Of a stretch of 64,000 nucleotides of DNA, positions 10,364 to 20,414 are shown in pieces (position 1 is the stretch's first letter; every line of letters begins with the position of its first letter). Source of the DNA: Candidatus Muiribacteriota bacterium (GTDB lineage Bacteria > Muiribacteriota > DAOVTB01). Under the pieces are notes generated by a model. The model had not been told where the DNA came from and ran no database searches. It was given only the letters and a program-made list of their open reading frames with translations. The DNA is taken from assembly GCA_030633305.1 (NCBI GenBank), contig DAOVTB010000001.1, positions 7,258-71,257 on the forward strand, read 5' to 3'. The position numbers and the translations under genes are program-made.

Positions 10364-10400
10364 CTTTGTGAATTATAACATATGTCAGTTGATCTTAAAA

Positions 10401-10436
10401 TAAAAAAAGACCGGATGGGAAACTCCAATCCGGCCT
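10401..10436 (-). terminator. Rho-independent terminator for the minus-strand gene ending at 10455
   Basis: On the minus strand: GGCCGGATTGGAGTTTCCCATCCGGTC followed by TTTTTTTA (stem CCGGAT/ATCCGG, GC-rich), 19 nt downstream of the stop. Confidence 0.6.
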
Positions 10437-10454
10437 GTTTATATTTAGATTATT

Positions 10455-11855
10455 CTATAATTTTACTATTTTTTTCATTCCTCTTTCGTCCTTGATGTAA
10501 ATCATGATTTCTGACGGATCAGCATCAGGAGGAATTACGGCTTCATAAAGGTCATTTCCACGATCTTCTAAAGAAACAAATCTTACTTGATTTTCAGAAC
10601 CAGTCCTCCAATATAGTTTTGCTTCCCGGATTTCACGATAAGAAGAAATCCTTGCACTAATCTTTGTTGGAGAATATTGAACGTTTTCAGTTCCGCCAAT
10701 AACATCAACTTTTATCTGAGGACCCATAACGAGTTTTGAAATACAGTGAATAGCACCGTTTGCAGTGATAATCCTGCTGCAATCGAAACCTACAACCTTA
10801 TATCCCGGCATATTATCGCGATATATTTTTAATGCAGTATCATCAAAACTTTTACCATAAATTGGGACTAAAACTGTTTTGTTCAAAATAAGTGAGTTTG
10901 TATAAGAAAATGATGTCCCTGTATATTTCGGCATTGGAATCCTAACAACTTTGTATGAATTACCATCTAAGTCTTTCATTCCTGCAAGAGTTTCTGCATT
11001 TTTATTCAGGATATCATAATTACCGGAAGCACCATCAGAAGGTGATGCATATTCACCAACTATAAAAACATTTCCTGGAAGAAGTTTACAGAACATGTCA
11101 ATATGACCAGTTCCATCACGATTCATCTTTGGTATAATAACCACTCGTTCTACATTATAAAAATTATTGAATATTTTTTCGATCTTTGCATGTGTCATTG
11201 ATGGATCTCCACCTTCGCTTGAATCGAAAACAACATCTGTCATAAAAGCAGTACCTTTACCATCTATTATCAGGTTTCCACCTGGAAGAATAAGGGAAGG
11301 TTTATAATAGTTAAATCCACAATGTTCTGCAACTTTCTGAGGAATTTTATCATCATTTGGTCGTGGCCTGTTGTATATCAGATCAAGAACACCTCTGTCA
11401 CCTTTGTCGTCTAATACAAACATTGGTCCAAAATCACGAATCCAGACAGAATTAGTCGGCGCAACAAGAAATGACAGATTCGCCATATCTACTCCAGCGC
11501 CCTTTAAAGTTCGTTCTGCACTACTTTTACTGTAGCTGCTACTGCAAATCAGAATAACTTTATTATCCAGACAGGATTCCTTGATAAGTTTAGTTAAAAG
11601 TGTTGAATATCCAGACCATGAATAAAGAACAGCATCTGCAGGTTCGAATTCAGCTGGTGCATAGAAACTCCCATCAGGAGTAATCCCGGCAGTAAAGCTA
11701 GACTCATCCAATTGTTTTTTTACATATTCTTTAACAACCAGGCGTTCACTATCGGTTAAGCCTGCTGGCAAAGACTCATTTTCTGAATACAAAAGAGTTG
11801 GATTTACCCATACAAACGCTAATAAAACTAATACTAAAATTGTTACTTTTATCAA
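10455..11855 (-). CDS. Agmatine deiminase / Porphyromonas-type peptidyl-arginine deiminase family protein with a signal peptide and a C-terminal extension
   Basis: 466 aa. It has an N-terminal signal peptide and the motifs IRDFGPMFV, HIDMFCKLL and the catalytic-Cys region ANGAIHCIS (compare AguA GGxIHCITQQ). There is an extra domain of about 90 aa at the C-terminus. Confidence 0.65.
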   Translation of the reverse strand: MIKVTILVLVLLAFVWVNPTLLYSENESLPAGLTDSERLVVKEYVKKQLDESSFTAGITPDGSFYAPAEFEPADAVLYSWSGYSTLLTKLIKESCLDNKVILICSSSYSKSSAERTLKGAGVDMANLSFLVAPTNSVWIRDFGPMFVLDDKGDRGVLDLIYNRPRPNDDKIPQKVAEHCGFNYYKPSLILPGGNLIIDGKGTAFMTDVVFDSSEGGDPSMTHAKIEKIFNNFYNVERVVIIPKMNRDGTGHIDMFCKLLPGNVFIVGEYASPSDGASGNYDILNKNAETLAGMKDLDGNSYKVVRIPMPKYTGTSFSYTNSLILNKTVLVPIYGKSFDDTALKIYRDNMPGYKVVGFDCSRIITANGAIHCISKLVMGPQIKVDVIGGTENVQYSPTKISARISSYREIREAKLYWRTGSENQVRFVSLEDRGNDLYEAVIPPDADPSEIMIYIKDERGMKKIVKL

Positions 11856-11966
11856 AACTACCCTCCGAATTTTTATATATCTATCCTTCTATTATAATGA
11901 ATTTTACAATTTTGACAAGAGAATAACCTATTGATTTTTTATTTTTTTTAAAGTATATTTCAAATC

Positions 11967-12989
11967 ATGCACTTATTAAAATTTTCTTTTCTTTTCTTAT
12001 TTTTTTTATTTATTTCCTGTCATGTGTATACTTCAGAAATTAACATCAAACAAGTTTTGATTCCTTCTATTAGAATCAAAAACACTCTAAAAAAAGGATT
12101 AAATTCAATTTTCTGTGATGGAAATGACCTTTGGCTCGGAACAAATCAGGGTATCGTTAAATTTGATGGCAAAAACTGGCTTCATTATTATGGTGATGAT
12201 CATTCTTTTATCGATGGAAAACCAGTTCAAAACAAGGGAAACTCGCCTTTTAAAGATAATCATGTCAATAATATTCTCAAATCCGAAAAGAAAATATTCT
12301 TTTTAACTGATTTCGGAATTATTGAATACAATTCCGAAAATTTTAAATTTGTTCATCATACAGGTTCACTCAAACACTCTCTTTATCTGAACGAGGCAAT
12401 CATGCTTGATCCTAATACAATCCTTCTGGGAACATGGGGAAAAGGTCTGGCTTTGTTTAAAACAGATACTTCTACATTTAAGCCTGCCGAACCGAATATT
12501 CCTGGAAAAGTGACTTATGTTACCGGTATCACTTCAAATTTGAAGACCATATGGATTTCCACTTTAACAAATGGAATATACAGTAGCAATTCCAATGAAG
12601 ATAGATTCTTTTCCTATACTACAAAAAACAGTAAACTGGAAAGTAATCGTTCAAAAGGAATTACTTCATTCAATAATGATATTTTTCTTATAACTTCAAA
12701 TGGCCTTTTACGTTTAACCCCAAAAGACTTTATCTGGTATTATTTCAAAAAACAAAACTCAAGTTTGACCAATGAAAATATTACTTGCTTATGCATTGGC
12801 GAAAATGGTCTCATGTATATTGGTACACTCAAAGGACTTTACTCTTATAGTAAATCTGGGCTACTCATAAAAGTAGCAAACAGAGAAATCGATAATACAT
12901 GGATCAGTAATTTGGCAGCCAGTAAAGATTCGCTTTGGATTACGACTAAACAGGGTGAACTTTATAAAATGGATTTATCTGGTAAATAA
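11967..12989 (+). CDS. Secreted beta-propeller-like protein (two-component-regulator-propeller-like repeats)
   Basis: 340 aa with a signal peptide. It has repeated LW(L/I)GT.xG(I/L) motifs (LWLGTNQGIVKFDG, LLGTWGKGLALF, IWISTLTNGIY, LWITTKQGELYKMD). Confidence 0.45.
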   Translation: MHLLKFSFLFLFFLFISCHVYTSEINIKQVLIPSIRIKNTLKKGLNSIFCDGNDLWLGTNQGIVKFDGKNWLHYYGDDHSFIDGKPVQNKGNSPFKDNHVNNILKSEKKIFFLTDFGIIEYNSENFKFVHHTGSLKHSLYLNEAIMLDPNTILLGTWGKGLALFKTDTSTFKPAEPNIPGKVTYVTGITSNLKTIWISTLTNGIYSSNSNEDRFFSYTTKNSKLESNRSKGITSFNNDIFLITSNGLLRLTPKDFIWYYFKKQNSSLTNENITCLCIGENGLMYIGTLKGLYSYSKSGLLIKVANREIDNTWISNLAASKDSLWITTKQGELYKMDLSGK

Positions 12990-13132
12990 ACCAAGGGCGA
13001 ACACAAGCAGACTGTGTCATAATTAAAAAAATAAAAAAGATCTCGCGCAGAGAACGCTGAGGACACAGAGAACATTATAATAATAAAAAATAAACAGAAC
13101 ATGATTATACTGTGACCTAAAAGTATTGTATT

Positions 13133-13192
13133 GGACAGGCACAGGGGCCTGTCCCTACAGTGTTTCGCTTTTTTTCTTCGTGTTCTTCGTGG
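13133..13192 (+). repeat. Short copy of the GC-hairpin repeat (GGACAGG/CCTGTCC) + T-run + TTCGTG x2. Possible bidirectional terminator between the convergent genes
   Basis: Stem 13133-13139/13148-13154 with loop CACAGGGG, then CTACAGTGTTTCGCTTTTTTT, then TTCGTG at 13177 and 13186 (9-bp period). It lies between the stop of the + gene (12989) and the tkt stop (13214). Confidence 0.4.
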
Positions 13193-13213
13193 TAAAATTG
13201 TCTTGTTTTTACT

Positions 13214-15193
13214 TTATTTAAGCATCTCTTTAGCAGTATTTACTACGTTTTCTACAGAGATTCCCAGTTTTTCAAGAACCATATCACCAGGAGCAGATTC
13301 ACCATATCTATCAATTGAGATGATTTTACCAAAATCTGTTGCATATTTATCCCATCCCATGGAAATACCAGCTTCAATAACCAGACGTCTCCTGCATTCC
13401 ATTGGAAGAACTGATTTTCTGTATTCTTCAGTCTGTTCCTGAAAAACTTCAACACATGGAATACTAACAATCCTGATTGATAAATCTCCATTGTCTTTTA
13501 GAAGCTCAGACTTTGCATTCATAGCCAGATGAACTTCGCTTCCAGTGGCTATCATTATCATATCCAGTTTCTCTTTAGATCCATCTGATAAGATATATGC
13601 ACCTTTCATTGAATTTTCATTGACTTCTTTTAATACTGGAAGGCCTTGTCTGGAAAGAATAATAGCAGTTGGAGTTTCTTTTAAACTCATTATTTTTTTC
13701 CATGAAAAAACAGTTTCATTGAAGTCCGCCGGTCTAAAAACCGAAAGTCCAGGTATTGCACGAAGTGAAGCTGTCTGTTCAACAGGCTGATGAGTAGGTC
13801 CATCTTCTCCAACAGCAACAGAATCATGAGTAAAAATATAAATCACATTCTGTTTCATAATTGCAGAAAGCCGTATTGAAGGCCGCAGATAATCAGAAAA
13901 AACATGGAACGTTGAGCCAAATACTCTTAAGCCACCATAAAGGGACATTCCATTCATAACAGCACCCATGGCATGTTCACGAATTCCAAAATGAAAATTT
14001 CTTCCCGTAAGATTTGACGGAGAAAAAGACTCTTCATTGTTAAGGTTTGTTTTTGTACTTGGAGCTAAATCTGCAGATCCACCAACAAGATTCGGAACAA
14101 TATCTGCAACTTTATTTAATACAATACCAGATGCGGCACGTGTTGCAATTTTATCTTTTTCACATTTCATTTCCAGATCATCAATACTGGTATCATGATT
14201 CAATGCATCATGTAATTTTTTAGCAAGTTCAGGATTTTCCTTTTTGTAAATATAAAATTTACTTTCCCAATCAGTTCTAACTTCTTTCATCCTGGTACAA
14301 AGTTTACTAAAATGATCTTTTACATCTTCAGGAACAAAAAAACTTTCTTTATACTCCCAGCCTAGTGCTTCTTTAGTAAGCTCTATTTCAGGATCTCCTA
14401 ACGGACTTCCATGAACTGAAGCCGAACCTGCTTTATTTGGAGAACCATATCCAATTGTAGTCTTAACGACTATCAAACTTGGCTTTCCACGAAACTTTAC
14501 TGCTTCAGCTAACGCACTATCCACTTTATCAAGATCATAACCTTCTTCAACAGTAACTACATTCCAGCCATATGATTCATAACGTTTTGCTACATTCTCA
14601 GAAAAAGCCAGATCAGTGCTTCCTTCAATCGTTATTTTATTATCATCATAGACCATTATCAGGTTATCAAGTTTCAAATGACCAGCAAGCGAAGAAGCTT
14701 CACTTGCAATTCCTTCCATCATGTCACCATCACCACAGATCACAAAAATATTATTATCAAATAACTCAGGATTGTTATACTTTTCACCCATCATCTTAGC
14801 TGCAATAGCCATACCAACTGAATTTCCAATTCCCTGTCCTAATGGCCCGGTTGTAGTTTCAACTCCTGGAGTCATACCATATTCCGGATGTCCAGGTGTT
14901 ATACTTCCCCACTGCCTGAAATTCTTAATATCATCTAAACTCAAATCATAACCGGTTAAATGTAACAATGAATATAACAACATGGAACCATGTCCAGCAG
15001 ATATCACAAATCGATCCCGTCCGATCCATTCAGGATTACTTGGATCAAATCTCATATGATTATGATACATAAGATAAGCAATATGTGCTGTTCCCATTGG
15101 CAGACCCGGGTGTCCAGAGTTTGCTTTCTGTATCGCTTCAACACTAAGTAACCTTATTGTATTAATTGCATTTTCTCTAACTGTATTATCCAT
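13214..15193 (-). CDS. tkt: Transketolase
   Basis: 659 aa, full-length. Its N-terminal region SGHPGLPMGTAHIAYLMY, the TPP-binding GDGDMMEG and a C-terminal transketolase domain are present. GGAGGA precedes the start on the minus strand. Confidence 0.9.
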   Translation of the reverse strand: MDNTVRENAINTIRLLSVEAIQKANSGHPGLPMGTAHIAYLMYHNHMRFDPSNPEWIGRDRFVISAGHGSMLLYSLLHLTGYDLSLDDIKNFRQWGSITPGHPEYGMTPGVETTTGPLGQGIGNSVGMAIAAKMMGEKYNNPELFDNNIFVICGDGDMMEGIASEASSLAGHLKLDNLIMVYDDNKITIEGSTDLAFSENVAKRYESYGWNVVTVEEGYDLDKVDSALAEAVKFRGKPSLIVVKTTIGYGSPNKAGSASVHGSPLGDPEIELTKEALGWEYKESFFVPEDVKDHFSKLCTRMKEVRTDWESKFYIYKKENPELAKKLHDALNHDTSIDDLEMKCEKDKIATRAASGIVLNKVADIVPNLVGGSADLAPSTKTNLNNEESFSPSNLTGRNFHFGIREHAMGAVMNGMSLYGGLRVFGSTFHVFSDYLRPSIRLSAIMKQNVIYIFTHDSVAVGEDGPTHQPVEQTASLRAIPGLSVFRPADFNETVFSWKKIMSLKETPTAIILSRQGLPVLKEVNENSMKGAYILSDGSKEKLDMIMIATGSEVHLAMNAKSELLKDNGDLSIRIVSIPCVEVFQEQTEEYRKSVLPMECRRRLVIEAGISMGWDKYATDFGKIISIDRYGESAPGDMVLEKLGISVENVVNTAKEMLK

Positions 15194-15275
15194 TCTATCC
15201 TCCAGAATAATTTTATTAATATCTTGTTCATATTATCGCGATAACTGAATTTTGTAAACCTAGAAAAATAAAGTA

Positions 15276-15284
15276 TGATATAAT
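15276..15284 (+). promoter_or_regulatory. Extended -10 promoter element (TGaTATAAT) for the + gene at 15310
   Basis: TG at 15276-77 and TATAAT at 15279-15284, about 25 nt upstream of the GAGG RBS (15299-15302) and the ATG at 15310. It sits in the divergent intergenic region with tkt. Confidence 0.35.
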
Positions 15285-15309
15285 ATGAAAAAAATTATGA
15301 GGCGAAAAA

Positions 15310-15786
15310 ATGCAATCTGAAGAAAAAATTAAGAGAGTTTTAAACATACTGGAGTGTTACCTTCTAAACGAAAGTAAAAAACAAAATTTTTCTGAGGATT
15401 CTGTTCATAAATTCAAATGGGAATGTGGTGCAGCATGGATGGCAAATTTTGTTCTCGAAAACTTCAAAGATATGGACTTCGATAAAATCAAAGGGGACAA
15501 TATTGTGAAAACCAGAGCATTATGGGATTCTAATGATATTGAAAAAGTACTGGATTCTATCAGAAACAGTCATATCGACCTTACAGAAGGAAATCTCATT
15601 TCTAAAAAGGGAAACATGGATACAGATAATTCAAAGCAGAACTGCAAAGAATGTAATTATGCCAAAAAGAAAAGACCAGATGGAATTGCAATGTTAGCTG
15701 TCAACATCTGGTGCACACGAACAAGAAAGGAAATGCCTTGTTCACTAAGATGCACAGTAGGCAAATGGGGTTTCTTCGGATCATAA
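15310..15786 (+). CDS. Hypothetical protein with a Cys-rich C-terminus
   Basis: 158 aa. RBS GAGG is 7 nt upstream. The C-terminus is NCKECNYAKKK...CTRTRKEMPCSLRC (possible metal-binding). No known domain recognised. Confidence 0.45.
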   Translation: MQSEEKIKRVLNILECYLLNESKKQNFSEDSVHKFKWECGAAWMANFVLENFKDMDFDKIKGDNIVKTRALWDSNDIEKVLDSIRNSHIDLTEGNLISKKGNMDTDNSKQNCKECNYAKKKRPDGIAMLAVNIWCTRTRKEMPCSLRCTVGKWGFFGS

Positions 15787-15810
15787 GGTTTTAATAGAAG
15801 ATTTAGTTAA

Positions 15811-18800
15811 TTAATCATTTAATTTTCTTAATTTAAGAAGCTGTCTGATTCTCTGTTTTACCTGTTTAAGTGTATCTTCATCCTTAACAAATTTTCTATA
15901 TTGCTTCCACCATCTGATTGCTTCTTCATATTTCTTGTCTTTTTCACATATCAAGGCTAGATTTCTATATGCTAAGGAATAGTCTTTCTTAAGTTTTGTT
16001 GCTTTAATGAAGTTTTCCTTGGCTTTTATAGTCAAATCTATTTTTACACATGCCATACCAAGCTCATAAAATATCATTGGATTTTCCTTCTCATATTTTA
16101 AGGCTTCCTTCAATAATAATCGCCTTTCATGATAATCCTTATCCAGAAGAGCATTATTATAATAGACCATGGCTAGTCTTTTCCTTGCAAACTGATTTTC
16201 AGGTTTCTTCTTAATAAACTCAGTCAAAGCTTCCTTTTCAAGTGCTGTCCATTTCTTTTTTTCATCAGCCTCTTCACAATTATCAGCCTTCATCTGATAT
16301 AATCTTGCAAATTGTTCAAGTAATGGAGGAAAGTCTCCAACAATGTCTCTGGCTTTTTCAAGCAGCAATTGTCTACGTCCAAGTTTTTTTGATGTTTTTG
16401 CACGTCCGATATATGCTTTTACTAATTCCTCATTAACTTCTTTATCACCAGGAAAAAGTTTCTGTACTTCTTTATAATAGTAAAGAGAATCTTCTATTTT
16501 ATTGCTATTTCCCGCTTTTTCTTTATATAAGATCTTCAATTCAATTGCTATATATTTATTATCAGAATCAAATTTAATATTTTTTTGAAAAAAAGAAATT
16601 TTTTCATCACTATTCTTCAATTTTGAACCAAGTTTCAATATCGCGGCGGTTACAGTCTTTGCAATTGAATTATTATATTTTTTATTTTTATAAATCTTTT
16701 CGGCTACAGTTAAGGTCCGTTCATAATTACCGTCAAGATTATAAACTGTTAATTCAGCCAGCTTCACTTTATGTGAAGAAGATGCAAATTCCACCAGATT
16801 TTTCAGTATTGCCTTAATTTTAGTATTAAAGTTCCTTACAGGTTTTTTATTTTTCTTAGCCTCTTCAGCTTCTTTCGCAAGTGAATTTATCATTTTAATT
16901 CCCAATTCACATAAGGCATCAATAACTTTTTCTGATTTGGGATTCCTTTTGGCAGCATTCTTCAGATTAATTAATTTTTCCCGGTCAGTATCCAAAGTTA
17001 GCATTTCTTCATAATATTTCTCTGCCAGAAGGTGATCGATATTAATCTCACCTGCAACAGCCGACTTGTTCTTTGAACGACCTCTTTTATTTCTACCGCC
17101 ACCGGAAAGTTTGCGTCTCCCTTTTGGCTTAGCAGTTTTTTCTTCTTTACCTGAAAGACCGACTTCTTTAAAAATATTCCTATAAATTCCATTATCAGAA
17201 TAAGGATAAGCTTTCAAAAGTAATTCAATCTGTTTATATGTATTTGGCTCTTTATTACTCATTTCAATATAAGTTCCACACATATATCTATTGATTCCAT
17301 CTAGTTTGGAATCTTTCTCTTTAGCAAGTTTAAATTTTTCAAGCGCACTTGCAAACTCACCTTTTTTATATAATTCTATTCCCTGATAAACAATTGACAT
17401 AGGATTAAATAAATAATTATAAATAAAATAACCTCCACTGCCAAGGACCAGTAAAAATATCAAACCAATAGCTGCATAAGCAATTTTAGTTTCACTTAAT
17501 TTAGTTTTCAAATTATCAATAAATTTTGTTTTTGGATTTGATTCTTGAACTTTTGTCTCAGCTTCAACTACCAAACCAGGTTCTAGTTCATCATCAACGA
17601 CATCATTACTTTCCTCAATCTTAACAGCAGATTGTTCAAACCCCATATCCCAGTCTTTAACAGAGATATTGTTCAACAATAATATTTCTTCAATCTGTTC
17701 AATCAAGTTATCCAGCTTTTCTAATTTCTTCAATTTTTCCAGTAGTGAGACCAGCTCATTATTATCATCTGAAATCTTGCCGGCTTTCACGTGCAATTCA
17801 GAATATTCAGTAATGTTTCGAATAATGATTATATCTTTTTCATATTCATCAACAACAACTTTGATTATATCTTCTTTTTCATTGATTGCCTCATTAAGCC
17901 GATCTGCATTAAAGCCATCAGCTTTAAACTTCTCAATAGCAGCTTCAACAGCTTCTTTAGCGTACTTACCTTTATATCCATGATCATTTAAAATTTCTTC
18001 AGCATTTTTAATATTCATTTCGTAATTGGAAAGATCATACAGTTCCTTTCTCAAACCCGATATTATTGAAGCATTTTCTTCATTCTGGACTTCTTCAAGA
18101 CTTTTCAGAGTATTTTCAATGTTAAAAACTTTTTTCTTATAATCTACATATATATCATTAAGATTAACAATATCACCGGCAAGTTTTCCCGAAAAAACAT
18201 CCATTATATAACCAGTTTGTTTCCACTTTTCCACGCATTCTATAATATTGTTTCTAAGATTATTAACTCTTTGAGTGGCATCCTCAATCATTTTGGCAAT
18301 TGATTCTACTTCATTGACATTTTTAAGAAGTGATTTAATCTTTGCTATCTTATCTTCAAAAATTCTGATTTCGCTATGTTCTATCAGCAGCCCAAATTTT
18401 TCGAGTTTCAAAATTCGCGATTTCAATAACTTGTACTCACTTTTTACACGAAAAAGCGGTAGTTCTAATTTTGAAAAATAAGAATCAACAAGAAATTCTT
18501 CATCTTTTTTCTGCTGAATAAAATCTTTAAATTCATCCTTGAGTCCCTCATCATCTTTATAAAGAGCTTCTACTTCTTCTTTTATCATCTTGGAAAAAAT
18601 TGGATTTTTGATTTTTTCAACTAGCGCACGAACTTCATCATCAACTACATCATTGTTTTCACAATAATCAAAAAAACCAGAGTACTTTTCACGCAGTTCT
18701 TCAATGGTATTCATACCATCTATATACTTATCAATATAATTCTGGTTATTATTTCTAAAAGCATCGTAGAATTCCGATTCATTATATCCAAGTGAAACCA

Positions 18801-20385
18801 GCAATACTATTTTTTCCTGAAAATCCCTTCCGGAATTAGACAATGCCGTTATCAAAGACACCTTGTTTTTTCTCAATGTCTTCTTGGTATCTCGAATTTT
18901 TTCTTCTTTATTATTTATTATTTCTCTTAGCTTAGAAATCTCAGCGGACTCTTCAGATGATACAGAATCAACTTTTTCTACTTCTGGATCAGAAGAATCA
19001 CTTTTTTCTTCAATCTCTGAAGTTTTGGATTCCACAACAGCATCTTCTTCCATTACGTCTGATTTCTCAATAAAATACGTTTCTTCAGGAATCTTGGTTC
19101 CAAATTCTTCCAGTTCTTGAATAAAATAAACTGGTTTCCCTTCGAACTCTTCACCATTTTCATATTTTTCAAGTAATTTCCGGGCACATACTCTGACCTT
19201 GGCATCATCATCAAGAGTCGCCATTTCAATAAAATCCCATATTTCCTGCTTATTTCTTACAGATATAGCAGTTAATGCAAAATTCCTTATTTTAGCATCT
19301 TTAATAGAATTAAATTCTTCAAAAAAGTTCTCAATGGATTTAGGTATTCTTAGAGTCCCATCTTCTGATTCAATAACTGGCTGAAGTGCAGTAGTTTCAA
19401 TATCTTCCAAAATATCCGAAAGAAGTTTCTTCTCTACTTCATCCTGCACTGAAGTAATGCCATTATGGAGAATATTAGTAATAAGGATTTTTCTTGAAGT
19501 TTTCTTTAACCATTCAAGAAATTTTTTCCGATTTTCATCTCCTGATTTTAAAATATATATTGATATTTTCAGCAGTAGTTCATCGGATTCTTCTTTTTCA
19601 AGGGAATCCCATAACAGAGCAAGTCCGCCTTTGATTATGAATTTAAAACAAAGCCAATATGCTGAAACTCTTTCATTTTCTTTTGAAGAATTTACCAATC
19701 GTTTTAAAAAACCATCAACTCGGGTATAATCAATATTTCCTATAATAAATGCAGCATTGGCCTTATCACGATTATCTTCATCTCCCAGAAGTTTCTCGAG
19801 CAAGGGAATATCTTCTTCAGTTATTCCAATACTACCCAAAGCTTCAAGAGAATTCGCACGGACACGAGATGCTGAGGAATTGATATAGGCCAGGAATATT
19901 TTTTTAGCATTACCCTTATTACATTTTTTATCGTTGGAAGCAAAAAATGAAATCACTCTTATGATTGTTGCCTGTATATACGGATCCTTACACTTTTGTA
20001 TATAAGCAACAAGATAAGGGAAAAAGTGATATAGTTTTCGAGAAATTATGATATTCAACGCAGCAACAATTTTTTCTCTGGTACCGGTTTCAAGTTCTTT
20101 TTTGATTAAAAGCGTTATCTTTTCCTGATCATTTCCTTTCGCAATTTCAGGAGTTACAATTTTATCTGCCTTTTTTTGGATCTTGTATTTTTTTTCAAGA
20201 AAATCATGTTTTTCTCGGGCCATTGAGCGTAATTCACTGGAAGAATCTTTTTCACTCACATCTTCTAAAAATGAGAAAAGATCTTTTTTTCCAGCATATT
20301 TATCAAAAATAATCAGCAATACTTTTTTTCTATCTGGTACTGGTAATTTATAGAAATCTTTTAGTAATCCAAGAAGCTCACTCAC
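15811..20385 (-). CDS. Giant multidomain protein: N-terminal HEAT/PBS-lyase-like repeats, acidic linker, long coiled-coil, single TM, C-terminal TPR region
   Basis: 1524 aa. The N-terminus resembles the HEAT proteins at 53602-56838 and 59617-62868. A TM helix IAYAAIGLIFLLVLGSGGYFIYNYLF lies at about residue 975. A basic stretch KPKGRRKLSGGGRNKRGRSKNK and TPR-like repeats follow. Confidence 0.6.
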   Translation of the reverse strand: MSELLGLLKDFYKLPVPDRKKVLLIIFDKYAGKKDLFSFLEDVSEKDSSSELRSMAREKHDFLEKKYKIQKKADKIVTPEIAKGNDQEKITLLIKKELETGTREKIVAALNIIISRKLYHFFPYLVAYIQKCKDPYIQATIIRVISFFASNDKKCNKGNAKKIFLAYINSSASRVRANSLEALGSIGITEEDIPLLEKLLGDEDNRDKANAAFIIGNIDYTRVDGFLKRLVNSSKENERVSAYWLCFKFIIKGGLALLWDSLEKEESDELLLKISIYILKSGDENRKKFLEWLKKTSRKILITNILHNGITSVQDEVEKKLLSDILEDIETTALQPVIESEDGTLRIPKSIENFFEEFNSIKDAKIRNFALTAISVRNKQEIWDFIEMATLDDDAKVRVCARKLLEKYENGEEFEGKPVYFIQELEEFGTKIPEETYFIEKSDVMEEDAVVESKTSEIEEKSDSSDPEVEKVDSVSSEESAEISKLREIINNKEEKIRDTKKTLRKNKVSLITALSNSGRDFQEKIVLLVSLGYNESEFYDAFRNNNQNYIDKYIDGMNTIEELREKYSGFFDYCENNDVVDDEVRALVEKIKNPIFSKMIKEEVEALYKDDEGLKDEFKDFIQQKKDEEFLVDSYFSKLELPLFRVKSEYKLLKSRILKLEKFGLLIEHSEIRIFEDKIAKIKSLLKNVNEVESIAKMIEDATQRVNNLRNNIIECVEKWKQTGYIMDVFSGKLAGDIVNLNDIYVDYKKKVFNIENTLKSLEEVQNEENASIISGLRKELYDLSNYEMNIKNAEEILNDHGYKGKYAKEAVEAAIEKFKADGFNADRLNEAINEKEDIIKVVVDEYEKDIIIIRNITEYSELHVKAGKISDDNNELVSLLEKLKKLEKLDNLIEQIEEILLLNNISVKDWDMGFEQSAVKIEESNDVVDDELEPGLVVEAETKVQESNPKTKFIDNLKTKLSETKIAYAAIGLIFLLVLGSGGYFIYNYLFNPMSIVYQGIELYKKGEFASALEKFKLAKEKDSKLDGINRYMCGTYIEMSNKEPNTYKQIELLLKAYPYSDNGIYRNIFKEVGLSGKEEKTAKPKGRRKLSGGGRNKRGRSKNKSAVAGEINIDHLLAEKYYEEMLTLDTDREKLINLKNAAKRNPKSEKVIDALCELGIKMINSLAKEAEEAKKNKKPVRNFNTKIKAILKNLVEFASSSHKVKLAELTVYNLDGNYERTLTVAEKIYKNKKYNNSIAKTVTAAILKLGSKLKNSDEKISFFQKNIKFDSDNKYIAIELKILYKEKAGNSNKIEDSLYYYKEVQKLFPGDKEVNEELVKAYIGRAKTSKKLGRRQLLLEKARDIVGDFPPLLEQFARLYQMKADNCEEADEKKKWTALEKEALTEFIKKKPENQFARKRLAMVYYNNALLDKDYHERRLLLKEALKYEKENPMIFYELGMACVKIDLTIKAKENFIKATKLKKDYSLAYRNLALICEKDKKYEEAIRWWKQYRKFVKDEDTLKQVKQRIRQLLKLRKLND

Positions 20386-20414
20386 GAAAAAACGCTCTCC
20401 TCAATCTATTTAGC

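Noticed and set aside
12990-13060. ACACA/TGTGT short hairpin after the + gene at 12989
   Set aside because: It has only 5 bp and no following T-run. The GC hairpin at 13133 is the better terminator candidate.
13131-13442. 103-aa + strand ORF
   Set aside because: It begins inside the GC hairpin and TTCGTG repeat and runs antisense through the 3' end of transketolase. It has no RBS, and its translation is just the repeat read in frame.
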